A stretch of 64,000 nucleotides of DNA, from NCBI GenBank assembly GCA_016840035.1, contig JAEOTC010000030.1:1-64000 (forward strand). Reading direction: 5' to 3'. Source of the stretch: Candidatus Hodarchaeota archaeon. GTDB lineage: Archaea > Asgardarchaeota > Heimdallarchaeia > Hodarchaeales > Hodarchaeaceae. The notes beneath the pieces were generated by a model, which worked only from the letters and a program-made list of their open reading frames with translations, was not told the DNA's origin and searched no databases. A program made the position numbers and the translations under genes. This document shows, in pieces, positions 38,507 to 47,773 of this stretch. Every line of letters begins with the position of its first letter. Position 1 is the first letter of the stretch.

Positions 38507-39409
38507 TTATGATTCTCTCTCCTTGTCATATTCAAATATATATGCGCGGATAATATCTCTTGTGTTGATAATCCCCAAGATATCACCACTGACACTAACT
38601 ACAGGCATTTGATCCAGATTTTTCTGAACCATTTTTTTAGTAACTTCATGAATTGTCGTTCCAGTGTAGCAGAGTTCGACATTTCTTTCCATAATATCAA
38701 TTACTTTCATATTGCTAGGAAGAGTAAGCGTCTTTGATCCAATAATTAGTACCGATTCACTATCCCAAGAAGAACTATCATTTTCCGCACCATGCCCAGT
38801 ACGGCTGGTACTTTGAGAATCCAAAATCTCTGCCACCTTTAAGAAGTCATTCTGAGTAATAATCCCAATCATCCCAGACTCATTAAGAACTGGTAATCCT
38901 TTTTGGTGACTAACTCGAAGTATCTTAGCCGCGATATTTACCGGTGTTTCTTCCCATATCGTTGTTACATTAGGATTAAAATAACTCTTGACATCTAATT
39001 GAATTTTTGCTTTAAGAATAACTTTTTTGATGATATCATTCCTAGCCACTAATCCAAGGAGAGTTTTATCATCCTCATCAACAATAGGAATTCTTTGGAA
39101 TACATTGTCTCTATATATTCTAGCGGCATCGATTACAAGATCAGTAGGTTTTAGAGTAATAACATCTCTTTTCATCAATAATGATAGTTGAGTTTCATCA
39201 GGATTTCTGAATAGATCGGATCTAGATAGGATTCCGACAAATTCATCAGAATCTTTTCTTAATACAGGGTAAACACTCAAACCTGTTTTACGAATAGCTT
39301 CAATCAATACATCTCTATTACCAGGGATTCTCATCGTAACGAGATCTTCTTTTTGAGTCATTATTTCAGAAATAGGAATATTTTCCATTATCATACTCAG
39401 CCTATTCAT
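38507..39409 (-). CDS. CBS-domain protein (two CBS pairs)
   Basis: Four repeats of the PV...GI...D CBS pattern. Confidence 0.9.
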   Translation of the reverse strand: MNRLSMIMENIPISEIMTQKEDLVTMRIPGNRDVLIEAIRKTGLSVYPVLRKDSDEFVGILSRSDLFRNPDETQLSLLMKRDVITLKPTDLVIDAARIYRDNVFQRIPIVDEDDKTLLGLVARNDIIKKVILKAKIQLDVKSYFNPNVTTIWEETPVNIAAKILRVSHQKGLPVLNESGMIGIITQNDFLKVAEILDSQSTSRTGHGAENDSSSWDSESVLIIGSKTLTLPSNMKVIDIMERNVELCYTGTTIHEVTKKMVQKNLDQMPVVSVSGDILGIINTRDIIRAYIFEYDKERES

Positions 39410-39474
39410 ATTGTATTTATTTAACTTCTAGAAGCATGCAGAAAAAAATTCTGCTAAAAATGTTAGATCTGATG

Positions 39475-39651
39475 TTATTGAAGCAGATTTAAGATGAGAA
39501 TAAGTCCTACAAATGCGATCGCTAGTCCAACTGTCCAATAAGGGCCAATTTTTAACCCTGGTGAATCCGATTCGGAATAAAACCTAATTAATCCTGCACC
39601 TGTGGCAGGCATCGGAGAATCATCACGTTTTTTCGTTTTTCTGACACTCAT
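39475..39651 (-). CDS. secG: Preprotein translocase Sec61beta/SecG, 58 aa; not in ORF track
   Basis: Manual translation MSVRKTKKRDDSPMPATGAGLIRFYSESDSPGLKIGPYWTVGLAIAFVGLILILNLLQ*. Confidence 0.92.
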   Translation of the reverse strand: MSVRKTKKRDDSPMPATGAGLIRFYSESDSPGLKIGPYWTVGLAIAFVGLILILNLLQ

Positions 39652-39872
39652 ATTCTAAGCTCCTGTCTTAAATGCCTAGATCGATGTGAACATCGTTTCA
39701 AGTAGTCTGATTCCTGATTTACTTAAGAAGTTTTACATCCAGATAAACATTTGGTTGAGACTGCAGTTAGTTATTGAGTCTTAATATCCGAAATTCTTCT
39801 TAGCATTCGAATTGTCGATTGTTTATCAATTAAGAATATTTTGTAGAGTTCAATTTCGAAGGGTTATCTACC

Positions 39873-40676
39873 TCATTCTGACCAAATCAATCCAGAAATA
39901 AAGGCGACTCCTTTATCTAATCGCCACCATATCCAGTCTAACCAATCTGCGAACTGGTCAATTATTGGAACGCCCATTCGCTCAATGATTAGGGCAAACA
40001 AGATCGTTCCGAAGAATCCAATTATTTTAGATGAAACATCATGTGCCCAGTAAAAGGCTGTTTCGGAATCCATTCCAAATTGTGTAACTAAGAAAGATAC
40101 ACACCAAAGATGGAATGTAATTCTTAATGTATTTCCAATGAATAAGGCAAAGAAAAACACAGCGCTTGCTTGAATCTTAGCCTTCCAAGTTGCTTCGGCA
40201 ATCATTATAATAGCAATGAGTAATCCTCCAGCTTGCATGCCAGTACATGCCTTTACAATCCAATAATCACCATTTGTAGATGGAATATGAATTCCTGGAG
40301 TTTGTGATGTTGCTTCAAGAAATGGAAATTCCCCTCCTTTCAAAAAATCAGGAATAACAGAAGTTGGATCAAGAGTTGGGATAGGTGAGTTTTCAATGTT
40401 TAGAAAAGTAAGTATTTCGTGAATAATGTTTCGTGTAGGGATTTCTAAAAAGACCCAATCAGGAACAGTATAAATCAAAAATGTTATTAAAGTGGCTATT
40501 AGCAAAGATGATACCATTAATTTGTCGTTATGGAATCGTTTAAGTTTGGTGGAAGGAGTTATTTCTTCAATTAAATGACCTTTTCCTTCTTCTGGTTGAT
40601 TTCCCACAAATTCATTGTTTGATTCACTGCTACTAGTCATCACATTACACTTCGAGTACCCTTTTCGATAGGCCAT
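39873..40676 (-). CDS. Exosortase/archaeosortase-family membrane transpeptidase
   Basis: IVKACTG (catalytic Cys), NTLRI (Arg), AHD (His); multiple TM. Confidence 0.85.
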   Translation of the reverse strand: MAYRKGYSKCNVMTSSSESNNEFVGNQPEEGKGHLIEEITPSTKLKRFHNDKLMVSSLLIATLITFLIYTVPDWVFLEIPTRNIIHEILTFLNIENSPIPTLDPTSVIPDFLKGGEFPFLEATSQTPGIHIPSTNGDYWIVKACTGMQAGGLLIAIIMIAEATWKAKIQASAVFFFALFIGNTLRITFHLWCVSFLVTQFGMDSETAFYWAHDVSSKIIGFFGTILFALIIERMGVPIIDQFADWLDWIWWRLDKGVAFISGLIWSE

Positions 40677-40866
40677 TTTGTTGTTTAGATTAATACTTTA
40701 TTTCGAATGCAAAATTCGATAATTAATCCACTAATATGAGAAGTTCGATTAGTCCTTAAAATTGTTTATTTTCGTTTCTCAAATTAAATTAACTTCAGTA
40801 GACTACGAGATTACTCGAGAATTAGTATTTAAACAATTCTTTCTTCTGATCTGAAGTTCTTTCGGT

Positions 40867-42513
40867 TTAGGAAATGAAATGGTCTGGATTTTTAAGTGTA
40901 TACCAGCCATAAGTAACCTTACAGATATCTTTATCAACAAGCTCTCGTAATACCTGTTTAATCTGATCTTTTGACAATTTTACTTCTGAAGTTAGAAGAT
41001 TAGACTGCGCTTTGTATTGTGGACGTTGTAATAATGCTTGAATAACTTGGATTTCGGAGTTTGAAAGATCTACTCCCTTTGGGACTTTTAAATCAGGTCT
41101 AGTAGAAGTCGTAGAATCTGGACTTTGGGTACCTCTTCTCTGCTCCAAAATATGCTTATCTTTCAAAATATACCAACCATAAGACACCCTTAAAATACCT
41201 TTATCAACTAGATTTCTTAATACTTCCTTTAGAATACTTTGTTTTAGGCCTGTTGGGCGTGTTAATAAATTTGATTGGGCCTTTAAGTTTGGTCTTGATT
41301 TTATTGCTTTAATTGTAGCAATTTCTTCTGATGTAAGACCTTCTCCTGTCCGAGAAATTCGTGGGGATTTTTTCTTCTTCTTTTTCCGATTAGAGTCCGA
41401 AAATGTTTTTTTGAAGAACGGTAAATGACTTTTCTTTATTATAAACCATCCAACTTGCGTCCTAAGAAGGCCCTTTGATATCAAATTCCGTAAATGTTTT
41501 TCTGCTTCTTCTATCGGAACGTCCATATCTTTCGCTAGTATTTCAGGTTTCGTGCGATGTTTTATTCGGGCGAAAGTTCTATCTAGAATTTCCATTTCCA
41601 TTTCTGTAGGTAAATCTTCCTCCCAGTTATCCTTTCGGAATAATCCTGTTGTTTGTTTTAAATATGGGGCAACATCATCAGAATAGGATTTTTCAGGGGG
41701 TTCCATTTTAAATAAATCTGCTTCTGGATCTTGATCTTTGGATGTAGTTTCAGATACATCAGAGGGGGGTTGTTTAAACAAACTTTGCTCATCAAAATCG
41801 TCTGTATCTTTTTCGAATTCAGACATGTCATCAGAAGAAGTGTTGTTATCCTTCAATGGTGGTTTTTCCGAGATTTCGGGAGTAATGGGTTTGTCAATTT
41901 TCTTAATTTGTGGAGTTTGTGTTTCTAGAGTGCTTTTACTTGTTTTAGTCTCCGTTGACGATTTTGGTTTCGCTTTAGTCATTACTGGAGAAATAGTTGG
42001 CCGTTTTTGTCTTTCTCCCAGCTTTGATGCATTAGATATCTGTGATGGCCGTTTTTGTTTCGGAACAGGTTCTTGTGTTGGTTCTGAACCGAAAATTAAA
42101 GTCTTCTGTGTTTTATCAAGGTTGACCTGTGCAACATTGAATAATGCCTCGATTTTTTCCAAAAATGAATCGAATGAGGATCCCATCCCTGTGACTTCGC
42201 ATATAATTTCCTCATTAGTTTCAGTGATTAAGTGAAACTTTGATCGAACTTTTTGTGTATTTAATTTATTTAGGCTGAAAAACTCCCTAATTTCTCTGTT
42301 CATTACACTTGATTCATTACCATGAATCTCTAGAACATATTGTAGAAGTTTTGGTTCAGTACGAGTCTCTTCGATATAGAAAATAATCGAAGGGAAATCA
42401 GGTATACGAGGAGTAGCATGAACGCTATTATCGATAAATTCTATCTCCCGAAATCTTCCACGCGCTTTTAGAAAGTTCACAAAATCATTTAAAACAGAGT
42501 TTTGCCGGAACAT
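40867..42513 (-). CDS. Protein with N-terminal domain, disordered linker and three tandem winged-helix repeats
   Basis: Three ~60-aa repeats each ending LR.L..K......GW[FY].[IL]K. Confidence 0.75.
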   Translation of the reverse strand: MFRQNSVLNDFVNFLKARGRFREIEFIDNSVHATPRIPDFPSIIFYIEETRTEPKLLQYVLEIHGNESSVMNREIREFFSLNKLNTQKVRSKFHLITETNEEIICEVTGMGSSFDSFLEKIEALFNVAQVNLDKTQKTLIFGSEPTQEPVPKQKRPSQISNASKLGERQKRPTISPVMTKAKPKSSTETKTSKSTLETQTPQIKKIDKPITPEISEKPPLKDNNTSSDDMSEFEKDTDDFDEQSLFKQPPSDVSETTSKDQDPEADLFKMEPPEKSYSDDVAPYLKQTTGLFRKDNWEEDLPTEMEMEILDRTFARIKHRTKPEILAKDMDVPIEEAEKHLRNLISKGLLRTQVGWFIIKKSHLPFFKKTFSDSNRKKKKKKSPRISRTGEGLTSEEIATIKAIKSRPNLKAQSNLLTRPTGLKQSILKEVLRNLVDKGILRVSYGWYILKDKHILEQRRGTQSPDSTTSTRPDLKVPKGVDLSNSEIQVIQALLQRPQYKAQSNLLTSEVKLSKDQIKQVLRELVDKDICKVTYGWYTLKNPDHFIS

Positions 42514-42679
42514 TTTTGGTTATTTCCTTTTTTATTTCAGAATGAACCCCAAGATGAATAAAGTAATACTTTAATGCCGTTAGAAGCTAAATTAACTTAT
42601 AATGAAAAACTTTTCTTAAATTCCTTCGTTAAGAGATGATTTTTGGCCTTTATTTAATGTAATAGAGAGAGAATATAGA

Positions 42680-43123
42680 TTATTCTTCAAGTTCACCTTC
42701 ATTTTCTTTTCTGAAAAGAGGTTTCAAAGGTCCAGGAACCGTGAAAGTGGTGTTTTCTAGCTCTCGAATGTTAATTTGATCATTCTCTCTTGAAATATCC
42801 TCCCATAGTTGATTATATTTATTTAAAGGAAGTCCTAGGGGCGGAAATTGAGCTGGATTCAGGTTGGTTAAATCATGTTCAAGTAATTTTCCAGATTTAG
42901 GATTTTTTTCATTATTTGCATGTTTTGATGATGTATCAGATAACTCAATTAGGCCAAACCTCTGTAGTTCAGCTATAAATGCAATAAGTGTTTGCGGATT
43001 TACACCTTGTATTTTTTCTATCATTTGAGAGATGGAGAGATCATTATCAACGAGATGTTGTAAGACTTCTTTTACCAATGGTTTCTCTAGCAACCTTTGA
43101 ATCATAGAGTCAATTTCATTCAT
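42680..43123 (-). CDS. Hypothetical winged-helix protein
   Basis: EVLQHLVDNDLSISQM...IAELQRFGLIEL. Confidence 0.55.
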   Translation of the reverse strand: MNEIDSMIQRLLEKPLVKEVLQHLVDNDLSISQMIEKIQGVNPQTLIAFIAELQRFGLIELSDTSSKHANNEKNPKSGKLLEHDLTNLNPAQFPPLGLPLNKYNQLWEDISRENDQINIRELENTTFTVPGPLKPLFRKENEGELEE

Positions 43124-43371
43124 AATTTAATTTCCATTTGTGTTTATCACAAATAACTTGCACCCTGATTATTCTTTATATATTTCCGAAGGTATCAATT
43201 CAGATTCTTATCAGAATTTAGGTGTGATCTTACTAAGCTTTGAACGCTATGAAATAACAGATTTTTTTCATGAATAAAAATGTTAATAACTCCAAAGTGA
43301 ATCGCTCCTTTGACCTAGTAATCAACTAAATTGTAATATTCAATCATATAGAGTTGTTGAAGGCGGTTTAA

Positions 43372-44073
43372 ATGGCATCAGGACAAGAAATTGTTGTAGA
43401 ATGTAAAAATTTAAGGAAATCCTACATCTTAGGAGAAGTGAGGGTAGATGCTTTGAGAGGGATAAATATGCAAATTAATAGAGGCGAAATGATTTCAATA
43501 ATGGGCCCAAGCGGATGTGGAAAAACAACTCTTCTAAATATTGTTGGTTCATTAGATAATCCCTCTTCTGGACAAGTTTTACTTGAAGGGAGCGATATTT
43601 CACGCGCGAGTGAGCAACAACTTACAGAAATTCGACGAAAAAGTGTCGGCTTTATTTTTCAATTTTATAATCTCCTACCGGTTCTTACCGCATTAGAAAA
43701 TGTTGAACTGCCTATGCTAATTGCAGGAATTCCAAAAGATAAACGTGTGAAAAGAGCAACAGAACTACTAGAGAAAGTAGACTTGCTGAGACGAAAGGAT
43801 CATAAACCTGATGAGCTAAGTGGTGGAGAACGTCAGAGAGTTGCAATTGCACGGGCTCTCGCCAACAAACCAACAATATTGCTAGCGGATGAACCTACAG
43901 GCGATTTAGATACTGAATCTGGGCAAGCAGTTTTGAGTTTGTTGAAAGAAGTAAACAAAACAGAGAACCAAACATTGATTCTAGTAACTCATGATTCCAA
44001 CATCGCTAGAGAAGCGAATAGGATCTTCCATATTAAGGACGGAATCGTAGCTTCTGTTGAAAATGTATCATAA
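43372..44073 (+). CDS. ABC transporter ATP-binding protein (LolD/MacB type)
   Basis: GPSGCGKT, LSGGERQR, ADEPTGDLD, VTH. Confidence 0.95.
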   Translation: MASGQEIVVECKNLRKSYILGEVRVDALRGINMQINRGEMISIMGPSGCGKTTLLNIVGSLDNPSSGQVLLEGSDISRASEQQLTEIRRKSVGFIFQFYNLLPVLTALENVELPMLIAGIPKDKRVKRATELLEKVDLLRRKDHKPDELSGGERQRVAIARALANKPTILLADEPTGDLDTESGQAVLSLLKEVNKTENQTLILVTHDSNIAREANRIFHIKDGIVASVENVS

Positions 44074-44088
44074 AACAAAATTAATGCT

Positions 44089-45027
44089 CTAAACAAGCAA
44101 AGATTGGAGCGGATCGTGACCATCTTTTGACGATTCGGCATCAATAATTCTTACTAATTCCTTAAAGCGGTTTCTGATTGTTACTGGGGTTATTTTGGCT
44201 GCAGTAGCGATTTCTTGTTGTGTACGGCGTTCTCCAGTCTGTATGGTTGCAATGTATAATGAGGCTGCGGCAAGACTCATTGGGTTTTTGCCAACTGTAG
44301 CTCCCCGTAATCTAGCAATGTTTAAAATTTTCACTGCTTGACGACGTGCTCTCATGGTAACACGGAGATTTATCCCGAGACGGTGAACTAAGGCAGAATA
44401 ATCACTTGGACTAACTTTCAAGTCTAATTTTTGTAAAATAATTCTTATACACCGGCCTAGTTCTTTGGATGATATATTCGATACGGAGGCTATGTCTTTT
44501 AAGGTTTGAGGAAGTTTTTTCTTTCGACAGGCAAGATAAAGACTTGCTGCGATCATCCCGTCAATAGAGCGTCCACGAATTAAGTTTTTTTTCAAGGCCT
44601 TCCTGTAAATCATGGCACCCATTTCAGCAACATCTTCAGGTAATTCAAGCTGGCTTTTAATCCGTTTGAGCTCCTTTAGAGCGAAGCGTAGATTTCTGAT
44701 TTCCGACTTTCTAGTTCTATTATCAATCCGAGAAAGTCTTCGGTATTTTGTTTGTGAAGAAAAAGGAAGAGTCCTTCCCGAAATATCTTTCCTAATATTT
44801 CCTATCTGAGTTCGCAGTCCCATTTCTGCTTTAAGCGGAGTTATGGGACCTCCAGCTCGAGCCCGTTCTTGAAGTTCAGTTGAATTATAAGCACGCCACT
44901 CTGGTCCCATATCAATTTGTAAGTCAATAACAAGTCCACAAGAGGCACAAATTGAAGTGCCTTTTGTCATATCCATGACTATATCGTTACTACCGCATTC
45001 GGGACATTTTTGTTCAGGTGGTGACAG
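44089..45027 (-). CDS. tfb: Transcription initiation factor TFB; probable CTG start at 45027
   Basis: GPEWRAY, two cyclin repeats, VTIRNRFKEL; first Zn knuckle CPECGS is in frame upstream of the 44976 ATG. Confidence 0.92.
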   Translation of the reverse strand: MSPPEQKCPECGSNDIVMDMTKGTSICASCGLVIDLQIDMGPEWRAYNSTELQERARAGGPITPLKAEMGLRTQIGNIRKDISGRTLPFSSQTKYRRLSRIDNRTRKSEIRNLRFALKELKRIKSQLELPEDVAEMGAMIYRKALKKNLIRGRSIDGMIAASLYLACRKKKLPQTLKDIASVSNISSKELGRCIRIILQKLDLKVSPSDYSALVHRLGINLRVTMRARRQAVKILNIARLRGATVGKNPMSLAAASLYIATIQTGERRTQQEIATAAKITPVTIRNRFKELVRIIDAESSKDGHDPLQSLLV

Positions 45028-45368
45028 GATACTTGCCCTCCAGTTGAGACCTCCGATGGGATTTATATACTAGATAGGCTTTTAAATAAGTATTGGAAAA
45101 GAACCCCACTTTTCATATCAGATGTAAAGCACTGTTCTAGATTAGGAAATTCAAAAGTCATTAATCCAGTATTTATACATTTTACTTGGAAATTTTACAT
45201 AATTCAGCCACTTACAGAGCAAAAACCTTGATATTAGGGTTTTGCTGGAATTTTCAGTTGTCTTATTAGTAATTCTTCTTATTCCAAAGAGGAGGAAATT
45301 TTCTAACCTTCGGGAACTGGCTGTATTAAGTTTCATTTGAATTAATGGTAAATAAAATCCTAGCTCAG

Positions 45369-45394
45369 CTTATAAACCTTATAAATGCTTATAA
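45369..45394. promoter_or_regulatory. Triple CTTATAA TATA-like repeat between divergent tfb and tbp
   Basis: CTTATAA at 45369, 45378 and 45388. Confidence 0.4.
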
Positions 45395-45509
45395 GTTTGG
45401 TTTTTAAATAAGTAGAAGGGTCTGTATATATTCTCAGAAGAATAGAATTTCCCTTAATTTTTCTTCATATTGTATTCTGGCTCTTAATCTTGTTGTGATT
45501 GTGATTATT

Positions 45510-46103
45510 ATGTCAAATGAGTCAAATAAAGATGATTTGTTTGCTGAGGTACAGAATGTTGTAGCTTCAGTAGATTTACGTTGTAAAATTAAACTTGAAA
45601 GAGCTGCGAGTCGTCTTCCCGGGGATGTTCAAGTATCGTATATTCCAGAGCAGTTTCCTGGAGTCGTAGTCAAAATAAAAAAGCCTAAAGTGTCCATATT
45701 AGTGTTTTCTTCAGGAAAGCTAGTTGTAACCGGTGCTAAGTCAGTAGAAATGATTGAAGAAGCAGTTGAAGTTATTTCAGAACTCTTACGCCAAGCAGGG
45801 CATAATGTAAAGCATGAAGCTACAATTACTGTACAAAACATTGTTGCTTCTGGAACTTTAGGAAAACGAATTAATCTTGAATTGGCAGCGTTATTATTAG
45901 AACATTCTATGTATGAACCAGAACAATTTCCTGGTTTAATCTACCGAATGCAAGAACCTAAAGTTGTTCTTCTCCTTTTCCAATCAGGAAAGCTAGTTTG
46001 TACAGGTGCGAAGAAAGAAGAATATGTTTATCAATCCATTCACAAAATATATTCAATTCTTGAAGAAATAGATGCATTTGAAGCAGATAGTTTGCAGTTT
46101 TAA
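45510..46103 (+). CDS. tbp: TATA-box binding protein
   Basis: Two repeats of QN[VI]VAS...Y.PEQFPG...SGKLV.TGAK. Confidence 0.97.
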   Translation: MSNESNKDDLFAEVQNVVASVDLRCKIKLERAASRLPGDVQVSYIPEQFPGVVVKIKKPKVSILVFSSGKLVVTGAKSVEMIEEAVEVISELLRQAGHNVKHEATITVQNIVASGTLGKRINLELAALLLEHSMYEPEQFPGLIYRMQEPKVVLLLFQSGKLVCTGAKKEEYVYQSIHKIYSILEEIDAFEADSLQF

Positions 46104-46105
46104 GA

Positions 46106-47617
46106 TTAATCTTCGTTAATAAAATCCCAACTCAATTGAATTGCTTCAGGAATCTTCGATACTAAGTTCATTGTCGAAAATTCTCTAAAAGCAAGCTCAC
46201 CAGCTTTTCCGTTAATAAAGGCTGCAATCGATGCGGCGTAGAAAAGTTCGCTAGTTTTGTTTGCATAACAAGCAGCTAAACCTGCCAGTATATCCCCTGT
46301 GCCTCCCCGTGACATTTCAGGTATACCTGTCTTATTGATTTTGTATCTTTTAGAGTCAGATATAATATCCCAAGGACCTTTTACTAACCAGACAGCCTTA
46401 GAATTTTGGGTGATACTTCTTACTTCTTCAATTCTTCTAGCAAATGAAGAAAAGCCAGAGGGTAAAGTTTTTCCAGAAAGAACAGCAAATTCACCAGCAT
46501 GGGGTGTAAGAATAACCCCTGAATATAATTGTTTTTGATTGATCATATGTAATGCATCGGCGTCGATTACAATAGGAATTTTTTTTGTTTTCGAGAATTT
46601 GAGAATTTCTTTAACAGCTATCTTTGAATCGGAATGACGACCTAATCCTGGTCCAAGAACTATTGAATCTGTATTTTCTATCAAGTGATAGGGTATGGAA
46701 TCAGATGTTAAATGTGGATGTGGGTAATCTACAACGATAAATTCTGGTGTGTAAGACCGAATCGCTTGTGTAACTTGTTCTGGAGCAAAAATTGTTACCA
46801 AATCCGAACCCGCATTTAGTGCTCCCATTGCGGATAAAGCGGGAGCTCCAGAATATTTTTCATTCCCTCCGATTATCAATACCTTCCCTTGATCTCCTTT
46901 TCTCTGCCATTTAGATTTATCGGAAATCGCTAGTAAATCTCCAGGACCGGCAATAAATTCTGCTTCTGGGGGAATACCGATTGGAACAATTTTAATTTTT
47001 CCTGAATTTCTTACATTCAACCCCTTTTTTTGTTTGTGGAAGACTACTGTATGGTGAGCGTTTATAGATAAATTTGCTCTTTTCCCCGTATTTGGATCGA
47101 CTCCTGAAGGGGTATCTACAGAGATGATAATTCCACCTTGAGCATAGTGTGAATTTAGCTTTTCAATCACCTTTGCATAAAGCCCTCTGACATTCCCATG
47201 GACCCCGGTACCAAAAATTGCATCAATAATGATTGAATCTTCATGAATTTTAATATTATCAAGTTCTGTTGAATCTTTCACCTCATCTAGACAAAGAGAA
47301 TGACTCATATTTTCCAGAATTTGCCAATTTTTTCGAGTTGATTCTTTTTTGATATCTCTTTTCTCTCCTATTAAGTAAAGGGATACTTTGGCCTTTTTGG
47401 CTAAATGTCGTGCAGCTACCATCCCATCACCCCCGTTCCCTCCTTTTCCAGCGATGATTACAATGCCTAACCTATTAGTTTCCTGACTAACCTCCCAAAT
47501 AAAATCAGCAAGTCCTTTACCTGCATTTTCCATTAGAAGAAGTCTTTTAACACCTAGAAAATCTGCGTTGACATCTACAATAGACATTTCAAGAGTGGAA
47601 ATTGTATTATTTCTCAA
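46106..47617 (-). CDS. nnr: Bifunctional NAD(P)HX epimerase/dehydratase
   Basis: LMENAG, GGNGGDG, DAIFGTG, GPGLG, TPHAGEF, GGTGDILAG. Confidence 0.94.
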   Translation of the reverse strand: MRNNTISTLEMSIVDVNADFLGVKRLLLMENAGKGLADFIWEVSQETNRLGIVIIAGKGGNGGDGMVAARHLAKKAKVSLYLIGEKRDIKKESTRKNWQILENMSHSLCLDEVKDSTELDNIKIHEDSIIIDAIFGTGVHGNVRGLYAKVIEKLNSHYAQGGIIISVDTPSGVDPNTGKRANLSINAHHTVVFHKQKKGLNVRNSGKIKIVPIGIPPEAEFIAGPGDLLAISDKSKWQRKGDQGKVLIIGGNEKYSGAPALSAMGALNAGSDLVTIFAPEQVTQAIRSYTPEFIVVDYPHPHLTSDSIPYHLIENTDSIVLGPGLGRHSDSKIAVKEILKFSKTKKIPIVIDADALHMINQKQLYSGVILTPHAGEFAVLSGKTLPSGFSSFARRIEEVRSITQNSKAVWLVKGPWDIISDSKRYKINKTGIPEMSRGGTGDILAGLAACYANKTSELFYAASIAAFINGKAGELAFREFSTMNLVSKIPEAIQLSWDFINED

Positions 47618-47773
47618 ATCGTCACATCAGGAGAATGATTGAGGTTTAATAGTTCTGTACTTCATTTTAGTTTTACTTAAACTGAGAAATAGAAATCTCG
47701 TGTTGAATCAGAAACAACCACAAATTAAATATTTCTTTTTCTTGTCTAAATATGTAAGGTGGATGACAAGTAG

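Noticed and set aside
39652-39872. Possible C/D-box sRNA upstream of secG; similar weak signals at 53480-53540
   Set aside because: No convincing RTGATGA...CTGA pair with D'/C' boxes; only short hairpins.
45151-45336. 61-aa ORF between tfb and tbp
   Set aside because: No recognisable motifs; AT-rich promoter region; probably spurious.
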